From contig JAQTVP010000001.1 in the NCBI GenBank assembly GCA_028707015.1, positions 1-36,886 on the forward strand: a DNA stretch of 36,886 bases, in the 5' to 3' direction. Both the position numbers and the translations under genes were made by a program. Positions within the stretch are counted from its first letter, which is position 1. Every line of letters starts with the position of its first letter. This DNA comes from Dehalococcoidales bacterium. Its GTDB lineage: Bacteria > Chloroflexota > Dehalococcoidia > Dehalococcoidales > JAQTVP01. This document shows, in pieces, positions 1 to 7,843 of this stretch. The notes under the pieces were generated by a model. It did no database searches, was not told the DNA's origin, and saw nothing but the letters and a program-made list of their open reading frames with translations.

Positions 1-531
1 CCCTTTACTCTTATCTGTCTGTGCAATAACAATATTTATGTCAGCAATTCCACCATTCGTAATCCACATCTTGCTGCCGTTTAGTACCCAATCATCCCCT
101 TGTTGAGTTGCGGTAGTTTCAATACTGGAAACATCACTCCCCACATTAGGTTCAGTTGTCCCAAAGCCAGCAATCATTTCACCACTACACAGTTTTGGTA
201 AGTATTTCTTTTTCTGCTCCTCATTTCCCCATTGCTCAATACTTCCGCCACCGAGAGATATATGCGCAGATATACCGACTGTTATTCCCAGATCAGCTTT
301 GGCAAGCTCTTCCAGCATAATACAATAAGATACATAGTCGGCGCCCCCGCCTCCATATTCAGCAGGCAAATCAAGCCCCATAAAGCCCATCTCACCCATC
401 TTTTTAATTAGCTCCATAGGAAAACGTTCTTCGCGATTAATATCACGTGCAATCGGGGCAATTTCTTTCTCCGCAAAAGCTCGCGCCATCGTTCGAATCA
501 TCGCTTGTTCTTCAGTATATTCAAAGTCCAT
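1..531 (-). CDS. acyl-CoA dehydrogenase, N-terminal part (3' end runs off the window)
   Basis: Not in the ORF track because it is open at the edge. My translation from ATG (revcomp of 529-531) reads MDFEYTEEQAMIRTMARAFAEKEIAPIARDINREERFPMELIKKMGEMGFMGLDLPAEYGGGG...GFGTTEPNVGSDVSSIETTA...WITNGG. This is the typical ACAD N-terminal and middle domain pattern. A GGAGG SD (revcomp of 539-543) lies 7 nt upstream. Confidence 0.8.
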   Translation of the reverse strand, partial: MDFEYTEEQAMIRTMARAFAEKEIAPIARDINREERFPMELIKKMGEMGFMGLDLPAEYGGGGADYVSYCIMLEELAKADLGITVGISAHISLGGGSIEQWGNEEQKKKYLPKLCSGEMIAGFGTTEPNVGSDVSSIETTATQQGDDWVLNGSKMWITNGGIADINIVIAQTDKSKG

Positions 532-555
532 CCAAATTCCTCCTTTTATTTATCT

Positions 556-575
556 AACCTCAGTAATCTGAGGTT
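556..575 (-). other. 8-bp stem / 4-nt loop hairpin between the Lrp-like gene and acd
   Basis: aacctcag-taat-ctgaggtt is a perfect inverted repeat. No U-tract follows on the minus strand, so it is not a convincing intrinsic terminator. Confidence 0.3.
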
Positions 576-595
576 TGAATTTCAAATCGGGTTAC

Positions 596-835
596 TCATA
601 TTGCTAAACAAGTCACTGTTCTGGAAATACCAGCAATAGGATGAATTTTAATAGTGACCAAGTCACCGATAAAGTTGAGGTTATCCCCTTCCACCGTAGC
701 AATAACATCATAAGGACCAGTTACAGAATTTACTGACGTCACGCCCTCCAATTGCATAAGAGCAGTAACAACCTCCTTGTTTCTACCTACTAATGTTTCA
801 ATTAGAACGAACGCTTTTTCTGCCACTGAAGCCAC
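596..835 (-). CDS. stand-alone Lrp/AsnC-type ligand-binding (RAM) domain protein, no HTH
   Basis: 79-aa ORF. The pattern AFVLIET..G....V...L..LEGV.SV..VTGPYDVIATVE is typical of the AsnC/Lrp C-terminal domain. Length allows only this one domain. Confidence 0.65.
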   Translation of the reverse strand: MASVAEKAFVLIETLVGRNKEVVTALMQLEGVTSVNSVTGPYDVIATVEGDNLNFIGDLVTIKIHPIAGISRTVTCLAI

Positions 836-1004
836 CCCCTTTTATTTAGCTACCCGCCAATTATTTTTCTCAGCCCAACTTAATAATTTTTGTTTGTTAT
901 ATTAAGAGCTTAATAATTTCATTATTTGGAGTACTTCAGCTTCAAAATCTACCAAATTTATTATAGCTGAAGCCTGATACTATAGTCAATAAGCAAACAT
1001 CAGC

Positions 1005-1035
1005 TTGACAGCAGGTATGCAACTTTCCTTATAAT
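1005..1035 (+). promoter_or_regulatory. sigma70-like promoter candidate upstream of acd
   Basis: TTGACA (1005-1010), 19-nt spacer, TATAAT (1030-1035). Alternatively an 18-nt spacer to TTATAA. Located 127 nt upstream of the start at 1162. Confidence 0.35.
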
Positions 1036-1161
1036 AAGCAAATATTACTCAGGATTTCCTAGCCTTCAGGTTCAATTTTTATAGTTTAACTCCAGAGTAA
1101 TAGTAATGTATATACTTCATTATACAATTAACAAATAATAGATAAATGAAAGGGGATTTTT

Positions 1162-2313
1162 TTGGAATATTTCCTAAATGAACTACAGGATACAGTAAAA
1201 AAAATGGCAAGGACAATTGCCAAGGAAAGAGTATTACCAGCACGAGCAACCCTTGACGAAAAAGAGGAGTTTCCCTGGGACATAATGAAAGACCTTGCGG
1301 ATACCGACCTGTTTCGTGTCTTTGTTCCGGAGAAATATGGAGGTTTGGGAGGAGGATGCCTCGACTTATGTCTGGTTATTGAAGAGTTGAGTCGTGCCTG
1401 CGCCGGGGTAGCTGTTAGCTATGCGGGTAGCTCTTTAGGGACTTTTCACCTGATAAAATATGGGGATGAAGAGCAGAAACAAAAATACCTGCCTGATATT
1501 GCCAGCGGTAAAAAACTGGCTGCCTTTGCAGTTACTGAAGCAGATGCCGGCAGTGATATTGGTAACATACAGACAACTGCTACTCGAACCGATACGGGTT
1601 ATATAATTAACGGAACTAAACAGTTTATTACCAATGGTGGGGAGGCTGAATTATATACTGTTATTGCTTTAACTAACAAAGCAAAAGGTGCCCGCGGTGC
1701 CAGTGCTTTCCTGGTAGAAAAGGATACTCCCGGTTTTTCCTTCGGCAGGAAAGAAAAGAAAATGGGAATAAGAACCTCAGCAACCAGAGAACTGGTTTTT
1801 GAGGATTGCCACATACCGGCAGAAAATCTTATCGGCCGAGAGGGAATGGGGTTCATCATGACAATAAAAATGTTTGATAATACCCGTCCCGGAATAGCAG
1901 CTCAAGCACTAGGAATAGCTCAGGGAGCATTAGAAGCAGCAACAGATTATGCCCGGGAGCGTATCCAATTCGGACATCCCATCATTTCTTCTCAGGCCGT
2001 TCAGCATATGTTAGCTAATATGGCTATAGATGTGGAAGTAGCCAGAGCGATAGTCTATGCAACCGCCAGGACTATTGACAGCGGGGCAAAGGATTTCAGC
2101 AAGGAATCAGCCATAGCTAAGGTTTTTGCCTCAGAGGCAGCAATGAGAGTTACCACTGATGCAGTACAAATTTTTGGCGGCGTTGGTTACATGCGTGATT
2201 ATCCCATTGAGAAAATGATGAGGGACGCTAAAATCACACAAATATATGAAGGCGCTAACCAAGTTTTAAGAAATGCTATAGCCTCAGAATTACGAAAGGG
2301 AAAAGCAGCATAA
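1162..2313 (+). CDS. acyl-CoA dehydrogenase (short/medium-chain type)
   Basis: 383-aa ORF with ACAD hallmarks: AFAVTEADAGSD, ..NG.K.FITNGG, and C-terminal QIYEGANQV carrying the catalytic Glu context. The TTG start at 1162 is uncertain; an in-frame ATG lies 14 codons downstream. Confidence 0.9.
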   Translation: MEYFLNELQDTVKKMARTIAKERVLPARATLDEKEEFPWDIMKDLADTDLFRVFVPEKYGGLGGGCLDLCLVIEELSRACAGVAVSYAGSSLGTFHLIKYGDEEQKQKYLPDIASGKKLAAFAVTEADAGSDIGNIQTTATRTDTGYIINGTKQFITNGGEAELYTVIALTNKAKGARGASAFLVEKDTPGFSFGRKEKKMGIRTSATRELVFEDCHIPAENLIGREGMGFIMTIKMFDNTRPGIAAQALGIAQGALEAATDYARERIQFGHPIISSQAVQHMLANMAIDVEVARAIVYATARTIDSGAKDFSKESAIAKVFASEAAMRVTTDAVQIFGGVGYMRDYPIEKMMRDAKITQIYEGANQVLRNAIASELRKGKAA

Positions 2314-2443
2314 GAATAATAACTGCTTTTCCCTATAACATTAACGCAAAAGCAGTAAATCATAACACTACCAGGCACTTATTCAGTATAGCATACCACT
2401 AAGAGACTAGTTTAAAACTGGCCGCTACTTGTTTGCATTAAAT

Positions 2444-2473
2444 TTGCAGTATACATATACATTACCTTATAAT
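2444..2473 (+). promoter_or_regulatory. sigma70-like promoter candidate upstream of yceD-rpmF
   Basis: TTGCAG (2444-2449), 18-nt spacer, TATAAT (2468-2473). It lies inside the 5' extension of track ORF 2429-3055, which argues for the ATG at 2507 as the true start. Confidence 0.35.
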
Positions 2474-2506
2474 AAATTGATAATAGCTATATTAAAGGTA
2501 ACGTTT

Positions 2507-3055
2507 ATGCAATTCAATGTATCCCAGCAAATGCAATCGCCCATAGGATCAATACGGGAATATGATGTGAATGGGATTATCGATCTTGGGAAGGATAAAG
2601 TTACAGTTGCAGGTAATATTAAGCTAATTCGGACTGACCGGGGTATTCTGGCCACAGGGAAGCTAAACACTAAGGTAAATATTACCTGCAGTCGTTGTCT
2701 AGTTACATTTAGTTGTCCCTTGGTTCTAAACATTGAAGAGGAATATTTTCCTACCATAGATACGTATACCGGCGCTTCATTACCCTCACCTGAAGAAGAT
2801 GAGGAATTTGATAGTTTCATGATTGATGAGCATCATATTCTTGATTTAACCGATGCCATACGTCAATATGAACTACTGGCTATTCCGATGAAGCCGCTTT
2901 GCCGTGAGAATTGTGCCGGATTATGCTATAATTGCGGACATAATCTTAATGAGGGTTTATGCAATTGTATACCCCCGGACTCTAAACATAATTCGGGTTT
3001 GAATAAATTAGCATCTACAGATACAATAGCAAATAAGCAGAAAGGAATTAAATAA
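2507..3055 (+). CDS. yceD: YceD/DUF177 family protein (23S rRNA accumulation protein)
   Basis: Conserved position immediately upstream of rpmF. Cys-rich C-terminus CRENCAGLCYNCGHNLNEGLCNC. Start moved from the TTG at 2429 to the ATG at 2507. Confidence 0.75.
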   Translation: MQFNVSQQMQSPIGSIREYDVNGIIDLGKDKVTVAGNIKLIRTDRGILATGKLNTKVNITCSRCLVTFSCPLVLNIEEEYFPTIDTYTGASLPSPEEDEEFDSFMIDEHHILDLTDAIRQYELLAIPMKPLCRENCAGLCYNCGHNLNEGLCNCIPPDSKHNSGLNKLASTDTIANKQKGIK

Positions 3056-3058
3056 ATT

Positions 3059-3241
3059 ATGGGAGCATTACCCAAACGTAAATATGCTAAGGCGCGTCAA
3101 GGTAAAAGGCGGGGTCATCTTGGATTAAAGGCTCCTGCCCTGCAGCTTTGCCCTCAGTGTAATAGCCCAAAACTACCTCATCATGTTTGCCCCGTTTGTG
3201 GAACCTACTCTGATAGGGAAGTAATTGAAACTAAAACGTAA
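3059..3241 (+). CDS. rpmF: 50S ribosomal protein L32
   Basis: 60 aa: MGALPKRKYAKARQGKRRGH.. with CPQC...CPVCG zinc ribbon. Classic L32. Confidence 0.92.
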   Translation: MGALPKRKYAKARQGKRRGHLGLKAPALQLCPQCNSPKLPHHVCPVCGTYSDREVIETKT

Positions 3242-3343
3242 TTACTGTTATAAAAAGCGTATTTGATTTAACATTTTATAAACAGGGTAACTGCGTATTT
3301 AGATACTTACTTATCAGAGAGTTTTTTTAATGGAGCGTCAGCT

Positions 3344-4284
3344 GTGGTTAAAACGATTAAATTAGCTTATGTTTTCCCCGGACAGGCTTCCCAGAAGGCA
3401 GGTATGGGGCGTGATCTTTATGATAATTTTGATTCAGCTAGAGCGGTCTTTAAACTAGCCGATGAAACCTTAGGATTTCCTTTATCCCAATTATGCTTTG
3501 AAGGCCCAGAAGAGGTACTTCGCCAGACTATTAATACCCAGCCAGCATTACTAACAGTCAGTTTTGCCTGCTTGAAAGCCATCCAGGATATTAACGAAAG
3601 CAAAGGATTACCACCACCATCCTTCGTGGCAGGTCACAGCCTAGGAGAATATACCGCTCTGGCAGCAGCAGGAGTTCTTGATTTTGCAGATGCAGTTTAC
3701 CTTGCCCGGGAAAGAGGAAGACTTATGTACGAAGCCGGACTGGAAAAACCGGGCGGAATGGCAGCTCTTATTGGCCTTGACGAAGCATCTTTGGCCGCAA
3801 TATGTAATGAAACTGGCGCTCAAATTGCTAATATTAACTGCCCGGAACAACTGGTTATCAGCGGAGAAGAGGATAAATTAGCCAAAGCTACAGCTCTAGC
3901 TAAAGCTAGAGGAGCTAAACGTATCATGCCTTGGCGGTGAGTGGGGCATTTCATACACCACTAATGCAACCGGCAGTTGATGGCATGTCTGAGTTACTAC
4001 CTACCATAAACTTTCAAGAACCGCTTGTTCAAATTATAGCTAATACCACTGCTCAACCAATAACCACAACAGAAGAGATAAAAGCGGAACTTCTTAAGCA
4101 GTTGTGTAATAGCGTTCAATGGCAACGTTCTATCGAGTATATGATAAATGAGGGAGTATCTACCTTCATTGAGGTAGGACCAGGGAAAGTACTGAGCAAC
4201 CTTATCAGACGAATAAATAAAAATGTTAATACCATGAGCATCGGTGATTCACAAGCAGTAAATAATATAGGTACTTTTAGTTAA
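3344..4284 (+). pseudogene. fabD: malonyl CoA-ACP transacylase FabD, split by a 1-nt frameshift near 3931 (pseudogene or assembly error)
   Basis: ORFs 3344-3940 (198 aa: YVFPGQASQ, active-site GHSLGEY) and 3931-4284 (117 aa: AVSGAFHTPLM) together make one normal ~313-aa FabD. Restoring one T in cct-t(t)g gives ..GAKRIMPLAVSGAFHTPLM.. Confidence 0.85.
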
Positions 4285-4491
4285 AAAACAACATACTCTT
4301 CAACTTAATTTATTTCACGCGATTAAGTCAGGAATTATCGAACGAAAGATAAATATCAATTATATTCCAATAATATTACTAATCATATACTATTATTTAC
4401 CGTTCACTCAGAACAATTACCTCCTGCGTATTATTTACTGGAAATACAAAGTGAAATTTTATCTTTCGCTCTTAATATAATTATTAATTAA

Positions 4492-4500
4492 TGGTATAAT
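4492..4500 (+). promoter_or_regulatory. extended -10 element (TGgTATAAT) just upstream of nusB
   Basis: tggtataat at 4492-4500, only 9 nt before the GTG at 4510. Confidence 0.3.
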
Positions 4501-4509
4501 GTTAGGTTT

Positions 4510-4947
4510 GTGGCCGGGGGTAATCTATTGACAGGGGAACGAAGAAAAGCAAGAGCACTTGCCCTGCAAGCGCTATACGAAATTGACTCTGTGAATCACG
4601 ATCCAGAAGAGGTAGTAGCTAGACTTCTGGCTAAAGGAGATTTATCAGAAGAAAATAATATTTTTATCCGTACGCTAGTTAACGGTATTATCCAAAATAA
4701 AGAAAAGATTGATATTGATATCCATAATTTTGCCCCGGCTTGGCCGCTAAAGCAAATATCCGTAGTTGACCGAAATATTTTAAGGCTTGCAATATTCGAA
4801 ATTTTACTTGATAATAGGGTACCAATTAAGGTAGCTATAAATGAAGCGGTTGAACTAGCCAAGACCTTTGGCAGTAATAACTCATCGAAGTTTGTTAATG
4901 GAGTCCTTGGTTCAGTTAGTATACATGCGAAAGACAGAAATTTATAG
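4510..4947 (+). CDS. nusB: transcription antitermination factor NusB
   Basis: RRKARALALQALYEID.., DR.ILRLAIFE.., P.KV.INEAVELAK.FG are the NusB signature. The start is ambiguous. The in-frame TTG at 4528 is preceded by GGGGG (4515-4519) and may be the real start. Confidence 0.85.
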   Translation: MAGGNLLTGERRKARALALQALYEIDSVNHDPEEVVARLLAKGDLSEENNIFIRTLVNGIIQNKEKIDIDIHNFAPAWPLKQISVVDRNILRLAIFEILLDNRVPIKVAINEAVELAKTFGSNNSSKFVNGVLGSVSIHAKDRNL

Positions 4948-4962
4948 AAAGGGAGGAAGAAA

Positions 4963-5223
4963 GTGGCAACCATTTTTACAAGAATCAAGAAGATAGCTGC
5001 AGAACAATTAGGAGTTGAGGAAGAAGAGGTAGTTCTAACAGCTAGTTATGTTGACGACCTTGGTGCTGATTCTCTGGATTTAGTCGAACTAATAATGTCT
5101 CTAGAAGAAGAATTCAGTAACCAATCTCATAAGATTGAAATTCCAGATGAAGACGCCGAAAAAATAACAACCGTTCAGGATACAATTGACTATCTCAAAG
5201 ACTTAGGCATAGAGGATGATTAG
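4963..5223 (+). CDS. acpP: acyl carrier protein
   Basis: 86 aa with [19 protein letters not shown], the phosphopantetheine Ser in a DSL motif. GGGAGG SD lies upstream of the GTG start. Confidence 0.85.
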   Translation: MATIFTRIKKIAAEQLGVEEEEVVLTASYVDDLGADSLDLVELIMSLEEEFSNQSHKIEIPDEDAEKITTVQDTIDYLKDLGIEDD

Positions 5224-5917
5224 GGCAGTATTCTTTGATTGGTTTCATACTCTAGCCCGCTTTGATCCTCCACGTGAGCAGTTATATTGCCAGGCTTTTC
5301 TCAAGTCTGGCATTAAACTATCTCCAGAAGCGATTATGCACAGTATTCTAATTGCCGATCAGTATTTCTTTGCTGAAAATACCAAATCGCCGATAGCAGA
5401 TAGAAACCCCGAAGAACAGTTAAGTGTCTATATCAAATATCCGCAAACAATACTAAACGAGGCGAAAATTAATGCTCCTAAAGAGCTCTGCATAGAAGTA
5501 ATTAAAAATGTAAGAGAAAATTTTACAAATGTGGCCTTTTCTCTCTTTGATGATGTGTTATTAACCTTGAAAGACTTAAAGCAGCAGAAACTCACATTAG
5601 GTTTACTAACCAATTTAGACAGTGACATGGTTTCTATCTGTCGCAATCTGGGATTAGAAGCCTATATTGATTTTATGGTTACCGCTAAAGAGGCAGGAGC
5701 GGATAAACCAAACCCTCCAATTTTTCTCGCCGCACTAGTCAAAGCAGAAACAAATGCTCAAGAAGCAATTCATGTTGGTGACCAGTATAATTTTGATGTA
5801 GTTGGTGCCCGAAACGTAGGTATTAATCCAATACTTATTGATCGCTATGACACTCACCCCGAAGTTAGTGACTGTCCTCAAATTCACAGTTTAACTGAAA
5901 TAAGTCAATATCTCTAG
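5216..5917 (+). CDS. HAD-superfamily (subfamily IA) hydrolase
   Basis: Motif I FFDWFHTL, motif II LGLLTN, motif III KPNPPIF, motif [15 protein letters not shown]. Overlaps the acpP end by 8 nt. Confidence 0.75.
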   Translation: MIRAVFFDWFHTLARFDPPREQLYCQAFLKSGIKLSPEAIMHSILIADQYFFAENTKSPIADRNPEEQLSVYIKYPQTILNEAKINAPKELCIEVIKNVRENFTNVAFSLFDDVLLTLKDLKQQKLTLGLLTNLDSDMVSICRNLGLEAYIDFMVTAKEAGADKPNPPIFLAALVKAETNAQEAIHVGDQYNFDVVGARNVGINPILIDRYDTHPEVSDCPQIHSLTEISQYL

Positions 5918-5940
5918 ATTACTATAATAATCACCGTCAG

Positions 5941-6969
5941 CTATCTTTGGGATTCAATAATCACTTTAATAGAATTATTAGCTTCGGCGACAAGTTGAAA
6001 TCCCTTTCCTGCTTCCGCCAGACCAAAGCGATGGCTAATCATCCCAGTCACATTTACTCTGTGTCCCCTAATCAATTCCAATGCTAGTATATGATCTGCC
6101 GGACTACCAGCATAAGTAGTAGTTAGTGTTATATCATTACGCCAGAAAAGGTCATTTATTGATAAAGGAATAGTAACATCGGGCTCAGTTGAAGCAAAAA
6201 ACAGAACGGTGCCACCGCGTTCTACGGATTTGAGTGCCTGATTAATAGCTGGAACAACACCGGTGCATATTATTACCAAGTCAGCTAAACGTCCCTGATT
6301 ATTTTGGCGCAAGCGGCCGGGTATGTCTTCACTAGCGTGAATAGTCACATCAGCACCAAATTTTCGTGCCGCTTCCAACCGATATTCATTTATATCCGTA
6401 GCAATTATACTGCCCGCACCCAATGCCCGAGCTATTTGGATATGAAGTAATCCAGATATTCCACTACCAATTACAAGCACACTTTTACCTGGTTTAAGAC
6501 GTGCCAATCTCTGTCCACGCAAGACACAGGCTATTGGCTCAATAAAAGTTGCTTCTTCATAAGATACTTCATCGGAAAGTTTAAATACACCACGGTCAAC
6601 ATTTATGACCGGTAACCGAAGATATTCAGCGAAACCGCCAGGATAAAAATTTGTCCGGCGAAGAGTATCACAAACAGTATGATGCCCGTTCAGGCAATAA
6701 TGACAGGTGTTACACGGGACATGATGTGCTGCTGATATTCTGTCACCCTTCTGGTAATGCTCCACCCCTTCACCCACCGCCACAACCTGTCCACCAATCT
6801 CATGACCCAGCACCAGAGGCACTCGGTCACGACGATACCACTCTAAAACATCACTGCCGCAAATTCCACAAGCCTCAACCCGTACTAATAGTTCACCGGG
6901 ACCAATCTGTGGAATAGGCATCTCTTCCAACCGTACATCACGGTTGCTGTAATACATGGCAACACGCAT
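5941..6969 (-). CDS. zinc-dependent medium-chain alcohol/polyol dehydrogenase
   Basis: CGICGSD and GHEIGG catalytic-Zn motifs, structural-Zn CNTCHYCLNGHHTVC, Rossmann VIGSGISGL. 342 aa. Confidence 0.85.
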   Translation of the reverse strand: MRVAMYYSNRDVRLEEMPIPQIGPGELLVRVEACGICGSDVLEWYRRDRVPLVLGHEIGGQVVAVGEGVEHYQKGDRISAAHHVPCNTCHYCLNGHHTVCDTLRRTNFYPGGFAEYLRLPVINVDRGVFKLSDEVSYEEATFIEPIACVLRGQRLARLKPGKSVLVIGSGISGLLHIQIARALGAGSIIATDINEYRLEAARKFGADVTIHASEDIPGRLRQNNQGRLADLVIICTGVVPAINQALKSVERGGTVLFFASTEPDVTIPLSINDLFWRNDITLTTTYAGSPADHILALELIRGHRVNVTGMISHRFGLAEAGKGFQLVAEANNSIKVIIESQR

Positions 6970-6992
6970 GTTATTTTTCCCTGATTTGATGT

Positions 6993-7781
6993 TTAATTAT
7001 TTTTCAAACTCTCGTAAATATCTTGAGCTTCATTAGGTGATGCATGCTCATGAATAATGGCACGGATACCTTTAATCATAGCTATTGGAAAATCATTTTG
7101 CCATATATTTCTGCCCAGATTTACCCCTATAGCCCCTTTTTGCATACCATCATGGACAAATTCAAATACTTCAAGCTCAGTATCCGCATGAGGTCCACCA
7201 GCCATTACAACCGGAACCGGGCAACCCTTTACTACCGTTTCAAAATCTTCACACCAGTAGGTTTTCACTACACGAGCACCTAATTCAGCAGCTATGCGTG
7301 AAGATAGAGCTAAAAAACGAGCATCTCGTTTACCCAATTCTCTCCCTACAGCAGTTACTGCCATCACAGGGATACCATACCTTTCACCTTCATTAACCAG
7401 TTTGGCTAGATTTACCAGTGAATTGTGCTCATAATCAGTACCAACAAAGATAGATATTCCTACTGCTGAGGCATTAAGCCGAATAGCCTCTTCCATAGAG
7501 GTCGTAATTCCTTCATTAGCCAAATCTTTACCCGCCATGCTGGTACCACCGGATACTCGCAAAATAATCGGTTTGGTATTACCAGGGTCTACCGATGAAC
7601 GCAACACTCCCCTCGTTACAAAAAGGGCATCAGCATGAGGCAACAGCGGTTCAATAGTTTTACTCGGCTCTTCCAATTTTCTGGTAGGTCCCTGAAAATA
7701 ACCATGATCCACCGGTAAAAACAAACAATGACCATCGGACTTAATCAGCTGTGCTAAACGGTTTTGTATTCCCCAACCCAT
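6993..7781 (-). CDS. class I aldolase of the DhnA/FbaB/LsrF (DeoC-like) family
   Basis: 262 aa. Resembles the archaeal-type class I FBP aldolase / ADH-synthase / LsrF family (..LFLPVDHG.., ..ARVVKTYW.. with a probable Schiff-base Lys, ..VVMAGGP.., GAIGVNLGRNIWQ). Confidence 0.75.
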   Translation of the reverse strand: MGWGIQNRLAQLIKSDGHCLFLPVDHGYFQGPTRKLEEPSKTIEPLLPHADALFVTRGVLRSSVDPGNTKPIILRVSGGTSMAGKDLANEGITTSMEEAIRLNASAVGISIFVGTDYEHNSLVNLAKLVNEGERYGIPVMAVTAVGRELGKRDARFLALSSRIAAELGARVVKTYWCEDFETVVKGCPVPVVMAGGPHADTELEVFEFVHDGMQKGAIGVNLGRNIWQNDFPIAMIKGIRAIIHEHASPNEAQDIYESLKNN

Positions 7782-7843
7782 TAATGATAACCCCCTATAT
7801 AATTTAAGGAATTTTTAGGTCAACAAACAACTAATCCTATTTA

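Noticed and set aside
2322-2356. 9-bp stem (actgctttt / aaaagcagt) after acd as an intrinsic terminator
   Set aside because: The loop is 17 nt and no T-tract follows, so the call is weak. It may still be a stability element, but I cannot support it as a terminator.
2429-2506. TTG-initiated 26-codon N-terminal extension of YceD in the ORF track
   Set aside because: The extension contains the best promoter-like elements (TTGCAG-N18-TATAAT) and encodes a non-conserved-looking peptide. The ATG at 2507 gives a normal YceD N-terminus.
3926-3940. Programmed ribosomal frameshift in fabD
   Set aside because: The shift required is -1. There is no X XXY YYZ slippery heptamer and no obvious downstream stimulatory structure. 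A 1-nt indel in a short T run is the simpler explanation.
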